Shown piece after piece: positions 11,401 through 24,039 of a stretch of 64,000 bases of DNA; the first letter of the stretch is position 1; each line of letters begins with the position of its first letter. The notes under the pieces are model-generated. The model searched no databases. It saw only the letters and a program-made list of their open reading frames with translations, and was not told the DNA's origin. The position numbers and the translations under genes were made by a program. Source of the DNA: Mobula hypostoma (taxonomy: Eukaryota); the NCBI RefSeq assembly GCF_963921235.1, contig NC_086108.1, positions 45,758,001 through 45,822,000 on the forward strand. The letters run 5' to 3'.

Positions 11401-11739
11401 TCCCCTCTTAAAATAGCAACATTTTAGTGAAGCATCATGAGAAAAAGATCTTTAAGAATGATCAATGTTTCTTTGGTTCTCAGCCATACTCAATATAAAG
11501 TTAACAAACAGTTGGAACAATTGAGGCAGCTGACCTAATATAAAATAAAATCAACATTTATAATTGTTGCAGAAATGCATTTGGAAATTCATCTCACATA
11601 ATGGTATTTACAGAGTTTTGCTTCTGGAAGAAGGAATCTTTGAAAATACAGTATCTTAATGTCCTCCCCATTTTCTGGTGAATGACATCACGATCAAGGT
11701 CCATCAGAAGAGCTAGTAACAGAGTTTGGCAAGTCTTTC

Positions 11740-12060
11740 CACCCCCACCCCCACTTCACTTTAATCTATGCCCTTTAATACATGCCCCTCCTACCCTAGG
11801 AAAAGATTCTGAGTACCTAACCCATCTATGCCTCTCATAATTTTATTGGGACTCCTTTAGCCTCCGATACTCCAGAGAAAACAGTCCCAAGTTTGTCCAA
11901 TTTCTCCTTGTACAGTAGCTAATATTATTTGATAATAATATTACAGAACCTCTTCTGCAAACCACCCAAAACTTCCTCATCCTTCCTGTATGAGAGTAAC
12001 AAGAACTGCACACAGTATCCAAAATGTGGCCTAACCAAAGTTTTGTATGGCTGCAAGAAG
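11740..12060 (-). mobile_element. Degraded CR1 LINE 3' fragment
   Basis: LGLFSLEYRRL-like peptide in ORF 11843-12118. Confidence 0.6.
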
Positions 12061-12371
12061 CAGGGAGAACATTATTTATGGTGCAAGCATGTGCAATATT
12101 TAACAATTGTACATACATGTTAAATAAGCATAGATTAAAAATTCTTTATCAAATTATAGCAAATTGGCATGGCTTAACATCAACCAGTTCATCCTAACTT
12201 TGGATCCATAAGAATATTTTGGAAATCAGAGTGGTCACAAGACAATTAATCTTTCAGCTAAAATAGTGTTGCTTATTTATAATTCTTCAGCAAGATAGAT
12301 TTAAAGTGTTAATACAAAAGCAGTGTTGCATTAAAAGATGAGAATTTCTGGTACTTCCTTCATAAGTATAA

Positions 12372-12915
12372 GCTTTTTGGAGAGCATTCTGACAGGCTGC
12401 ATCATTGTCTGGTATGGGGTGGGGTGGGCTACTGCACAGGACTGAAAGAAGCTACAGAGAGCTCTAAGATTAGTCAGCTCCATCTTGTGTACTAGTGACC
12501 ATAGCATCCAAGACATCTTCAAGGAGCAGTGCCTCAGAAAGGCAGAGGCTATTTTTAAGGATCCCCAGCACCCAGGACGTGCCCTTTTCTCATTGTTACC
12601 GTCAGGAAGGAGGTACAGAAGCCTGAAGGCACACACTCAGCAATTCAGGAACAGCTTCTTCCCCTCTGCCATCCGCTTCATAAATGGACATTCAACCCAT
12701 GAACACTACCTCACTTTTTAAAAATGTATTATTTCTGTTTTGCACTATTTTTAATCTACAAAGTTTGCATTTAATATACACATATATAATTACTGCTATT
12801 GATTTACTTATTTGTTTTTTTCTTTCTATATTATCATGCATTGCATTGAACTGCTGCTGCTAAGTTACCAAATTTCACAACACGTGCTGATGATAATAAA
12901 CCTGATTCTGATTCG
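12372..12915 (+). mobile_element. Rex1/Babar-type LINE 3' end
   Basis: IFKDPQHPGRALFSLLPSGRRYRSLK..FRNSFFPSAIR; ends AATAAACCTGATTCTGATTC. Confidence 0.85.
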
Positions 12916-13767
12916 AATTCTTTTCTATTCCAAGCCCCTTGCAAAAACAGGCTAAAATTCCATTCCAAATGATTTGCCTTGCCTGGATGCTAAGACTTTA
13001 TGTTTCATGTCTTTAAACACCCAGATTTCTTTCCATCACAACACCTTGTAGTCTCCCTCCAGTTTAATAATAATTTGCTTTCTTAATCTTCCCTAAATGG
13101 ATAACCTCACTTTTTCCAATATTATACTCCACCTGCCAACTTGTAGTTGTTGAGGTTCCAGCAATGATCCTTCAGGTATCTGAGCAGTGCCTGATTGCAA
13201 GTCTGTAAATGGCCCCATTTATCCCAATTCTCTGTTTTCAATTATTACAAAACTATCCATGCCAATATATAATCCTAATTGCAGCCTCAAACACACATAA
13301 TATCCAGGTTCCTTTAATGTGGCATCTTAAAAAATGCTTTCTGGAAATATGAATAAACTATATCTATTAGTTCCCTTTATCTGCCTTGCTTTACTACATC
13401 TTTAAAGAACTCTACCAGATTTGAGAAACATTATTTACCTTTCATAAGGCATGTTGATTGACTTCTACTGTGATTTTGGAAGAGGCATCCTGTGAAACTT
13501 GTGCAAAAAAAGTTCATGTGTCATCTTTCAGGAGATCAAAACTTCCCTTAGTTAACTTTCAGAAAATGGATTATTATTGAAGTGTTGTTACTTTTGAAAC
13601 ATAGGAATCATACAGCTATATGCACACAAGACCTTACAAATCACAATATGACAATAGCTGTATCATCTGTTTTAGTAATGTTGGATGAAGATAGGGTAGG
13701 ATAGGGTAGATTCTCTTCTTTTTTTTCCAATGAAAGTTATGTGTAGGATCTTCCACATACATCATCA

Positions 13768-14376
13768 TGTACGGGGTCTTTCTTTTGTTACATTTAAAAT
13801 GGCGATTTTGTTATGTTAATCTGGGGAATGCGGCTTTGTTGTGTTTTAACGCTGCAGAGAGTTTGCGCTAACAGTTTGTTTTACTTTAAAATGAGATAAC
13901 AAGGTTCTATTAGCCAATGGGTGGTTATGTATCGTTTTGTTTTCGGATGCCATGCTGTATGATATGACTGTGGACTGAGTTTTGGCGGGGAGTCGGAGGA
14001 GAGACGAGGAGGACGGCGGACGTGCGGAGAGGCTCCGGTCGATCACTCAGGGTGGTCCCGAGCCGTGAGTTGACGGAATTCGGGTGGTCGTCTGACGTCG
14101 AATTGAGCTCCAACGGTAGCGCGCGAAGAACTTGGACTTTGATAAGTGTTGGCGCCTTTTTTTCCCATTACTTTCCTCTCTGTATCAAATGCATATTAAT
14201 GTCATAGAATTAGTAATATCTATAAAGTGTATTTGTTAAAATTTACTGGGTGTGCTGGCTGATGATTGATGTTTGTGATTGATTCGGGTGGCGACTGACC
14301 CTGAGGGGAGTGTTGAAGCAGGTGCTGGGTGGGATTTCCCCTAGACATACACGAGCCAATATAACGGAACGTTACA
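13768..14376 (+). mobile_element. Solo LTR (609 bp)
   Basis: TGTACG...CGTTACA termini, 4-bp TSD ATCA on both sides, CpG-rich interior; strand tentative. Confidence 0.85.
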
Positions 14377-14621
14377 ATCAAAAAGGAATAAATCTTAACG
14401 ATGTACCCAGAAGGTGATAGCAATAAAATTTCTGCCTGAAATTTGTGCTCAAGTTTCAGTGACTGTTCTTGAAGATAGAATTTGCTGATGCTGAGGGAAG
14501 AATACCATTGTTGAATCAAGGAAAGTGCGAAAGTCAGGCTTCAAGGTGATAGGATTAATCAGCAGTGTTGGAATAGAATTATATAACTTATAATTATACT
14601 TATTGTTATAATGACTTGCAC

Positions 14622-15275
14622 TTGAGGACGGAGGAGAAGATGGCGGCATGATGCAGTGCGCGTGGCCATTCTGAATGATATCATATCCGTGAAGTAGGAT
14701 GCCGTGCACCATCCCGATTTGATGGAGACAGACGTGAAGAAGCACGGAGGAACATCTGGAGAAACTTCTGAAATGCCTGCTTCGCTGCTGTTGCTACTGT
14801 GTGATCGAGAATCTCTGGAGGGGAAGGCCCCAAATCCTTGGCTTTGCCTATTGCTTGTTGCCGGGGCCGGAGTTGAAGCGCTCGGCAGAGATGGTGCTCG
14901 GTGCTCGGTGTCGGAGAGCTGGTCGGAGGCTTAGAGTTTTCGAATGGACTCGAAGTCGGGCTGTGGTCGGATGCTTCCGGGATGCTGCATCGGCAAGTTT
15001 GTGGTGCTGGAGGTTCACCGTCTGCGTGAGATGATGGGACTTTCGAGAGACTTTGAGACTTTACCGTGCCCATGGTCTGTTCTTATCAGATTATGGTATT
15101 GCTTTGCACTGTTGTAACTATATGTTATAATTATGTGGTTTTTGTCAGTTTTTCATTCTTGGTTTGTCGTGTGTTTCTGTGATATCATTCTGGAAAAACA
15201 TTGTATCATTTCTTAATGCATACATTACTAAATGACAATAAAAGAGGACTGCATGTCCTCATAATCTATTCTAAT
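14622..15275 (+). mobile_element. Non-autonomous LINE-derived retroposon (CpG-rich head, Rex-like tail)
   Basis: Head GAAGATGGCGGC, GC-rich body, AATAAA and (TCTAA)-like tail; no ORF. Confidence 0.55.
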
Positions 15276-15814
15276 TTACTTTTATATGTGTGTTAATTTA
15301 ATTTTAATGCCCAATTTGAGTCACAAAGTAATAGAAAGATACAACACAGAAGTAGGTCCTGCAGTCTACCATCTGTACTTATAACATACCTATACAATAT
15401 TACATTCATAATATGTTTGTTTTATTATATGATACTATATTATATTAATGTAATATACTAATATAATTTATACATAAATGTATGCTGTGCTCTCCAGTGC
15501 CTAAATCAATTTAACTGTTCTGATGGTAATTAATTAATGCATGAGATACCTCGGTAACTGATACTTGTCCATAGCCAATGCAGTGGAAATCCCAGACTGC
15601 TGATGTTATTGCCAAGTTCTGAAAATTATCTGAGTCATTATTTCTTTCTGACACACAGACAACCAAGCATTTGTTTTCCTACTGTTAGAAAATTTTAAAA
15701 ATTTGTTTAATTGCTTACTGCTCTAAAGGACAAGAAAATGAATATGACACTAACTTATTGGGGAATCGACAACAGATTGGAGTCAAAGTTTCCTCTTTCT
15801 GTAGTGCAGTTAAC

Positions 15815-15833
15815 TGGCCGCCAGGTGGCAGCA
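15815..15833 (+). promoter_or_regulatory. Candidate CTCF-binding site
   Basis: TGGCCGCCAGGTGGCAGCA closely matches the CTCF core consensus; lies in non-repeat sequence. Confidence 0.6.
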
Positions 15834-18346
15834 CTGAATGCAACAACAGGTGGAAGGCTCAGGTTTTTCCGCAGTCTGGGACATGCATGCTGGGGTTCGC
15901 GAAGAGTTTGCAGCTGTGTTTCGCATCATGTTCAGGCGATTTAATCACAAAATAATACAAGCAGGCAAAGAAATAAGCTACGTAAACTACTTCTTAATAT
16001 TTCATCTGGATTTAATGTTTTAATTATTTAAAATCAACATAATTGCTTTTTATTCTTTGAAAGCGTTTCTTTTGATAGTTTTAACTATTTTCTGTTCACG
16101 TTAGGGACATAGGTAGTAAAAAAGACTGCGAAGTTGGCATGGGCTTGACCTTTGGTCAGAGGTTTCTACAGCAGTTTCATTACACTGTCCTTCACATTGC
16201 AAGCTCCTGATTTAGGGTTTAGGATCTAGGGCAGTGAGTCCCAAGGAGGTGGTTACATGTCCTAAGGGGGCGTTAGGGAGAAATAGAAGGCGTTGGGGGT
16301 GGGGGGGGGGGCGCGGTAAGTGGCACCCAACTATGGCACTATAATTATGAGACCTTACGTGATTGGTCAATCCGGCTAACTGGAATAGTTTCAAGGTAGC
16401 TTGCTGAACACCAGTTATATTCCGGCTAACATTCAGGTTCCAGTCTGAATCCCTGTCAATTTAATTTTCGCTGCTGTGCTTGTCTTCATCTTCATCTTCG
16501 CCTCGCTGTTCCTGTGCTTGCCGCTACCATCGTTCCATCCATGTCAACTTGCTGCCAGCGTCACCACCTGACAGGCATTCCCAGTATGTGTTATTTTTAA
16601 TTTTAAGTTATCCCTGTTAATGATGGGTACATACGTACGGCACAATCTTTATGAGTCTGAAGGTGGAAGACCTTGAATTCTAATCCTGTTTAGAAACAGA
16701 AACTACAGGAAGTGTTAATACAGTGTTGCATGACTGAAGTATGGGTTTATTCTGTTCAGACCTTGATAGTGGTCTCGTTGCTTCTTATAAAGATTCCAAA
16801 ATATTAACAAAGTGTGCAAAATCTCATACAATTGGTGAAAAATTAATAATACCTGCTGTATCAATTCTGAAAGTTGACACCAGTATTTTAAAATCAATTC
16901 CTCTGAATAATTATTCTGTAGCTCGTCCTATTGACAAGATGAGTGAAGACATTGAGTATGAACTATGCACAGAGCTACAAAAAACAGAATTTGGATACAA
17001 CTGGATGAGTCAATGAGGCATTGCTAATGGGATATGTACAGTTTATCAAAAATAGAAAAGTTTGTAAAGAGATTCACTTGTAAAGAGTTAAAAACAAATC
17101 TCAACGGAGAATCAATCTGCCATGAGCTCAAAATGTATTTTGAGGATAAAAGTATTCCGATTAGGAACATCATTTCTTGTGCAACAGCTGGCGCACCATG
17201 ACAGGTCCCCATGTTGGTATGGTGGTATTTATGAAAAAAGAAATTCCAAATATGTTTGCAGTCCATTGTGTAATTCATCATCTCACAGCCAAAAACCTCA
17301 GGCAGTGACTTTTTTCAAGCATGATTGTAATATCTGCTATCGACAAAATTAAAGCTCATCCGTTAAATGGCAGAATATTTCACCAGTTATGCCAAGATAA
17401 TGATGAAGAGTTAGAATGCTTGCTTCTTCATGCTGAAGTGCACATTAGCTGTCAAAAGGCTGCTGCTTAAAACATTTCTTTGATGTTTTGAACACTGGTT
17501 GAATTTTTGCTCAAAGTCGACAGGAGCTTGGAAAACAAGATTGAGCTTCCATGTGGAAATGTGACATACCTAGCCCATCTGTATGACAAAATGAACATTC
17601 TAGATGTGAAATTGCAGGGTGAGAATTTCAATTTAACTCAGGCAAAAAGTGCAAAGTCCACTTTTATTGGAAAATTGGAAACATAAGCAAAACCATTGGA
17701 AGAAGAATGTTCTCTTAGTTCCCTGCGTGGAAAGTATGACACTTCCTTTCACAGACAGTGATTTGCAAGAGTATTACTTACACCTGCAGTCACGGAAGAA
17801 GGATTTTCAAAACAATCTGGAAATTCCGAACTGGGTAATTAACCTATTTCTTTGCAAGGTGGAAGAATAGGAAGAGAGCTTCCAAGAAGAAATAATCGAA
17901 ATTCAGAATGATGAAGCAAAAATGCTTTTCAAAAATGCCGGCTTTTGTGTTTTGTGGCTACGTTGTCCTGAAGTTTCCCGGTCTTTGGAGAAGAACCAAA
18001 CTGCTCTTCATTGCATTTCCATCCTCCTATCTTGTTGAAAGAAGCTTCAGTGCAGTGAACCACATACTCCACAAAAAGCAGAAACTGCTTGGACATTGTT
18101 ATGCCTGGGGCTATAGGTTTTTGCTGTCACGACTTGAAGCAGATATTTCAACTCTTGCTGAAAGCCATCAAGCTCAAGGATCACTTTGATATCAAAGCTG
18201 CTGTACAGTGCACAGGTACCGTGTAAGCTAGATTTAAAGACAAATACAAATTTATAGCAGAATTATTTTTCTCATGTTAGCATTTGGTAGACATGGGAGT
18301 GTCAGAAAATACAGTATATTGTGCCTAAGAGGAGCATTGGCAAGTA

Positions 18347-18841
18347 AACACAAAACACTCTGCAGATGCTGGGGTCAAAGCAACACTCACAACACGCTGG
18401 GGGAACTCAGCAGGTCAGGCAGCATCCGTGGAAACGATCAGTCAATGTTTCAGGCTAGAACGCTTCATCAGGACTGAAGAGGGAAGGGGCAGAGGCCCTA
18501 TAAAGAAGTTGGGGGGAGGGTGGGAAGGAGAAGGCTGGTAGGTACCAGGTGAAAAACCGGTAAGGGGAAAGATAAAGGGGTGGGGGAGGGGAAGCAGGGA
18601 GGTGATAAGCCGGAAAGGTGAAGAAGGAATAGGGGAAAACACAATAGGTAGTAGAAGGAGGCGGAACCATGAGGGAGGTGATAGGCAGCTGGGGGTGGGG
18701 CAGAGTGAAATAGGGATAGGGGAAGGGAGGGGGAGGAAATTACTGGAAGTTGGAGAATTCTATGTTCATACCAAGGGGTTGGAGACTACCTAGATGGTGT
18801 ATGAGGTGTTGCTCCTCCAACCTGAGTTTAGCCTCATCACG
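18347..18841 (-). mobile_element. Penelope-like element 3' fragment nested in the hAT
   Basis: 13-bp TSD GCATTGGCAAGTA; same pLTR/tail sequence as 59686-60300; hammerhead-like motif at 18439-18476. Confidence 0.85.
18439..18476 (-). ncRNA. Degenerate minimal hammerhead ribozyme motif (PLE)
   Basis: Minus: CAGTC-CTGATGA-AGCGTTCTAGCCT-GAAAC-ATT-GACTG; stem I CAGTC/GACTG intact, stems II/III mutated. Confidence 0.5.
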
Positions 18842-19639
18842 GCATTGGCAAGTATGAAGGTGCTTTGGGGGAGCGTTGGTAAGTATGAAGTGCTTTAGGA
18901 GGGCTTTGGGCTATAAAAGGTTGCAAAGCACTGATCTAGGGTCTAGGGTTGAACTATCTGGCCCACAAACAGTGATAATGGCTGGAGCCACCAGGATTGG
19001 GGCCACGGTGAGTGAAACCCGTGAGATCGGCAATTGGGGCTATTGGATAGAAATTCATGGCCTCATTAAAAATGTACTGATTGAATCTCTAGGCTAAACG
19101 TTTATAAAAGTTTACTCTGTTATTTTATAAATTAATACCATTTGAGATGATTTACTTCTGAATATAAATCACATCTTAAACTATACTTCCACATACCCTG
19201 ACAAAATACGAAAAGAGGCTGTTTAGCTGCTCAGTGCTCCCAGCTCTGCCTGGCTCAACCTCGACCCTGACTGTTGTGACTTGGGTGGGTGTTGTGGGGG
19301 AAGGCATGTAGAAATGGTCTATTCTGTTCCCACCTGGCAGAAGATCGCTGCAGCAATTGGCAAAGCTACCTTGCTGGTCTCCCAAATGCATGATTGTATG
19401 TTTAGGCTGTCCATAAGTCGGGCATTAGTATCCTGGGCACGACCTCTACAAAAAAAATAGCAACACTCTTTGAGATAGTGATTATCTTATCCATCCCCGC
19501 TCTTCTGGGTACTCATTAAATACCTCTTCACTGCATCGAATCGGACAGGTTGCATTTGCCTGGTTCACGTTTTACCTGTCCACTTGTAGATGGAGAACCA
19601 CTTGCAGGTTGTTCTTTTCCCAATCTGTCAGTTTCAATG

Positions 19640-19990
19640 GAGACACAGGAGACTGTAGACGCTGGAATCTAGAGCAACAAACTATCTGCTGCAGGAACTT
19701 AACACACCAGGCAGCATCTGAGGGAGGAAGGAAATCGTCCACGTATCAGGACTGAGACTGGAGAGGTGAGATGGCCAGTATGAAGAGAAGGAGGGTGGCA
19801 GAAAAGGATTCTGAGGTGATTAGGGTGACTGAGAAGGGGTGTAAGATGACAGGCAGTCAGTGGAGGAACTTCTGCACTGCTCTTCTCCCCTACCTGTCAC
19901 CTGTCCTCAGATTATCTAAAACTTCAGCAATTTGCTTCCTCCCACAAACGCTGCACAACCCACTGAGTTCCTCCAGGAGATTGTTTGTTG
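19640..19990. mobile_element. Old fold-back Penelope-like pLTR insertion
   Basis: 14-bp TSD TGTCAGTTTCAATG (19626-19639, 19991-20004); ends are diverged inverted copies of the pLTR (ctgctgcaggaactt / gagttcctccaggag). Confidence 0.75.
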
Positions 19991-20459
19991 TGTCAGTTTC
20001 AATGTGTATACCGCTACCCTCCAATTCTACCTTACATCTCTGCTCTGAATACTCTCCCCTCTGGACTGTCAGACAGTACCAGATGAAAGGAAAATACCTT
20101 TCAGCAAATACTCAGAAAACTGAAGTCATTGTTCTCTGCACACTTCATGAACTTCAGATCCCTGTCACCAACATGATCCATCTCACTGATACTTGTTTGA
20201 AACTAAACCACACTGTTCACAGTTTTAAAGTTATATTTCATTTCAGTTTGAGTTTTATTCCACATGCTCATATCATCACCGAAGCTGCTTAAGTTTATTA
20301 TGTAAGAGTACATGGTATAACTGGAAACATATTAGCACAGACGGACCATCGTCCGACTGGCAGGAGGCAAAGAGTGGGAATAAAGGGGACCTTTTCTGGT
20401 TGACTGCCGTTGACTAGCGGTATTCTGCAGGGGTCAGTGTTGGAACCATTTTTTTTCGT

Positions 20460-22040
20460 AGTCATAGTCATAATCATAGTCATACTTTATTGATCCTGGG
20501 GGAAATTGGTTTTCATTACAGTTCCACCATAAATAATAAATAGTAATAAAACCATAAATAGTTAAATAGTAATATGTAAATTATGCCAGGAAATAAGTCC
20601 AGGACCAGCCTAGGCTCAGGGTATCTGACCCTCCAAGGGAGGAGTTGTAAAGTTTGATGGCCACAGGCAGGAATGACTTCCTATGACGCTCTGCGTTGCA
20701 TCTCAGTGGAATGAGTCTCTGGCTGAATGTATTCCTGTGCCCACCCAGTACATTATGTAGTGGATGGGAGACATTGACCAAGATGGCATGCAACTGAGAC
20801 CACCACAGACTCGTAGAACATCCTCAGCATCATCCGGCAGATGTTAAAGGACCTCAGTCTCCTCAGGAAATAGAGACGGCTCTGACCCTTCTTGTAGACA
20901 GCCTCAGTGTTCTTTGACCAGTCCAGTTTATTGTCAATTCATATCCCCAGGTATTTGTAATCCTCCACCATGTCCACACTGAACCCCTGGATGGAAACAG
21001 GGGTCACCAGTACCTTAGCTCTCCTCAGGTCTACCACCAGCTCCTTAGTTTTTTTCACATTAAGCTGCAGATAATTCTGCTCACACCATGTGACAAAGTT
21101 TCCTACCGTAGCCCTGTACTCAGCCTCATCTCCCTTGCTGATGCATTCAACTATGGCAGAGTCATCCGAAAACTTCTGAAGATGACAAGACTCTGTGCAG
21201 TAGTTGAAGTCTGAGGTGTAAATGGTGAAGAGAAAGGGAGACAAGACAGTCCCCTGTGGAGCCCCAGTGCTGCTGATCACTCTGTCGGACACACAGTGTG
21301 GCAAGCACACATACTGTGGTCTGCCAGTCAGGTAATCAAGAATCCATGACACCAGGGAAGCATCCACCTGCATCGCTGTCAGCTTCTCCCCCAGCAGAGC
21401 AGGGTGGATGGTGTTGAACACACTGGAGAAGTCAAAAAACATGACCCTCACAGTGCTTGCTGGCTTGTCCAGGTGGGTGTAGACATGGTTCAGCAGGAAG
21501 ACGATGGCATCTTCAACTCCTAGTCGGGGCTGGTAGGTGAACTGGAGGGGATCTAAGTGTGGCCTGACCATAGGCCGGAGCAGCTCCAGAACAAGTCTCT
21601 CCAGGGTCTTCAAGATGTGGGATGTCAATGCCACCGGTCTGTAGTCATTGAGGCCGCTGGGGCGCGGCGTCTTCGGCACAGGGACGAGGCAGGACGTCTT
21701 CCACAGCACAGGAACCCTCCGGAGCCTTAGGCTCAGGTTGAATACATGGCGAAGTACTCCACATAGCTGAGGGGCACAGGCTTTGAGCACCCTGGTACTG
21801 ATACCATCTGATCCTGCAGCCTTGCTTGGGTTGAGACGTTTCAGCTGTCTTCTCACCTGTTCAGCTGTGAAGCCCACGGTGGTGGTTTCGTGTGAGGAGG
21901 GGGTATAGTCATGAGAGCAGGGTGGGGGACTGTGAGGAGGGGTAGGAGGGGAGAGTGGAATATGTGTTGGTTGGGGGCCGACAACAGATGGCTCATGTGG
22001 GGGATGGGCAGGGGCCACAATGTCAAATCTGTTAAAGAAT
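20460..22040 (-). mobile_element. Rex1/Babar LINE, 5'-truncated, with a largely open RT
   Basis: ORF 20939-22216: KAAGSDG, DYRPVALTS, FFDFSSVFNT, GAPQGTVLSPFLF, KFSDD; (CTATGA)n tail at 20460-20483. Confidence 0.93.
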
Positions 22041-22409
22041 AGGTTATATGTCAATGATTTGGAAGACAGAATTGATGGTTTGTGGCCATGTTCGGGGATG
22101 ATACAAAATAGGTGGAGAGGCAGGTGGTGTTGAGGACAGAGGGAGTCTGCAGAAAGACTTCGACAGATGAGAATGGTTAAAAAATGGCAGATGGAATACA
22201 GTGTCGGGAAGTGCATGGTCAGGAACCTTGGTAGAAGTTTTCTAAGCGGGCAGTAAATTCAGAAATCAGAGATGCAAAGGGACTAGGGAGTTCTTGTGTA
22301 GGTTTCCCTAAAGGTTAGTTTGCAGGTTGAGTTGGTGGTATAGAAGGCAAATGCAATGTAACCATTCATTTCGAGAGGACTAGAATATAAAAGCAAGGAT
22401 GTAATGCCG

Positions 22410-22652
22410 AAGGTACACACTCAGTGATTCAGGAACAGCTTTTTCCCCTGTGCCATCTGATTTCTAAATGGACATTAATCCCATGAACACTCCCTTACTT
22501 TTTAAAATTATTTCAGCTTTTGCACTATTTTTAATTTAACTGTTTAATATATACATACTAATTAATTATTTTTTTCTATATTTGTCGTGCATTGTATTGC
22601 ACTGCTGCTAAGTTAACAAATTTCATGACATATGCTGCTGATATGAAACTTG
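22410..22652 (+). mobile_element. Rex-type LINE 3' tail
   Basis: Similar to 12625-12900 (ttcaggaacagc..gctgctaagtta). Confidence 0.75.
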
Positions 22653-24039
22653 TTTTTTATCCTGTGGCTTTATAAGACACTGCTGAGGCCTCACTGAGTA
22701 TTGTGAGTGGTTTTGGGCCTCTTATCTAAGAAAATATGTGCTGGAATTGGAGAGGGTCCAAAAGAGATTACAAGAATGATCCCAGGAATGAATGGGTGAT
22801 GAACTTCTGGCCCTGGGCCTGTACTGGCTGGAGTTCAGAAGAAATAGGGGGAACCTATCGAATATTGGAGGGCCTGGATAGAGAGGACGTGTTCTATAGT
22901 GGAGGAGTCTAGGACCAGAGGGCACAGCCTCGGAATAGAAGGATGTCCCTTTAGAACAGCAGTGTGGAGGAATTTCTTTAGCCAGAGGGTGGTGAATCTC
23001 TGGAATTCATTGTCGCAGATGGCTGTGGAGGCCAAGTCATAGGATATATTTAGAACAGAGGATGAAAAGATCTTGGTTACTAAGGGTGTCAAAGGTTACA
23101 TGGAGAAAGCAGAAGAATGGGGTTGAGAGGGATAATAAATCAGCCATGGTGGAATGGCAGAGTAGACTTGATGGAGCGAGTGGCCTAATTCTGTTCCTAA
23201 ATCTTATGTTCTTATCTTGATTCACCCAGCCTAAGCTCATTGGCAATTGAAATACATACCCATACCTTTGCTTTCACTATACTTGGCCATTTTGAAAGAG
23301 CCCGTCTATCTTCCTCATTCTACCCCCCCCCTCCATAAACTCTGCTCCCTACTCTCACCCACTACTGCTGTGCTTACAATCTTATAGTTACTCCTTGCTG
23401 AGTGGTGCCTCGGTTTTAAATTACTTGTCCTCGTTTTCAAATCCCTCTCGGGACTTAACTTTCCTTTTCTTTGTGAACTGTCTATAACACCGAGGTGTCT
23501 CCAAAACTGGTTGTTCAAGCTTCCTGAGTTTAACTCTCATCCCCTGGCAGCTGTTGTTTTCTGTTCCCAAAGCTGTAATTACTGAAGGTGGCACAGATAG
23601 TGTTGATGTAGCGTTTGGTGTGACTCCCCTGCTGCTCCAGCACGTGGCTTCAGTCCTGACAGTGAGTGCATTCTCTGTGGGGGAGAAAAAAATAACTGAA
23701 GTAAACACTCAGCAGGTCAGCCAGCATCAGTGGAAAGAGAAACTGAAAAAAGGAGCAGGATTGGGCCACTAGGCCACACAAGCCAACCCTGTAATTCAGT
23801 ATGATCATCTGATCTATATTGGTCTAAGGTTCTCTTCTGTGCTAGTTTCCTATAACTTTCATAATGGAGAATGGGACAATATTCTGCATCAAAGACCTTT
23901 CATCATAGTTTATGATGCTTCATCTCTACTAATTCTTTTCCTTGATATTTCATGGTGGTGGGATTGGTGTGGAGTTGCAGGGCAGGTGGTTGGCTCCTGG
24001 GTGAATTGTAGCGTGTGATCAGTAGTTGAAAATGTGTGA

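Larger units (their letters stand above)
16232..18933 (+). mobile_element. hAT (Charlie/Buster-type) DNA transposon, full span, transposase pseudogenised
   Basis: CAGTG...CACTG ends; perfect 8-bp TSD ATCTAGGG (16224-16231, 18934-18941); peptides HTIGEKLIIPA, QLDES, HCVIH, FPSSYLVERSFSAV across frames. Confidence 0.93.
20295..23215 (+). mobile_element. CR1 LINE 3' part, split by two Rex insertions
   Basis: RT sequence (VTSGILQGSVL..YVNDL) continues across 20460-22045; typical CR1 3'UTR ending tcttatgttctta. Confidence 0.85.

Noticed and set aside
16211..16231. Interstitial telomeric repeat
   Set aside because: Only two or three imperfect TAGGG units, partly created by the hAT TSD.
16700..18190. 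Domesticated ZBED/SCAND3-like host gene
   Set aside because: Many stops and frameshifts, and it is still bounded by TIRs and a TSD.
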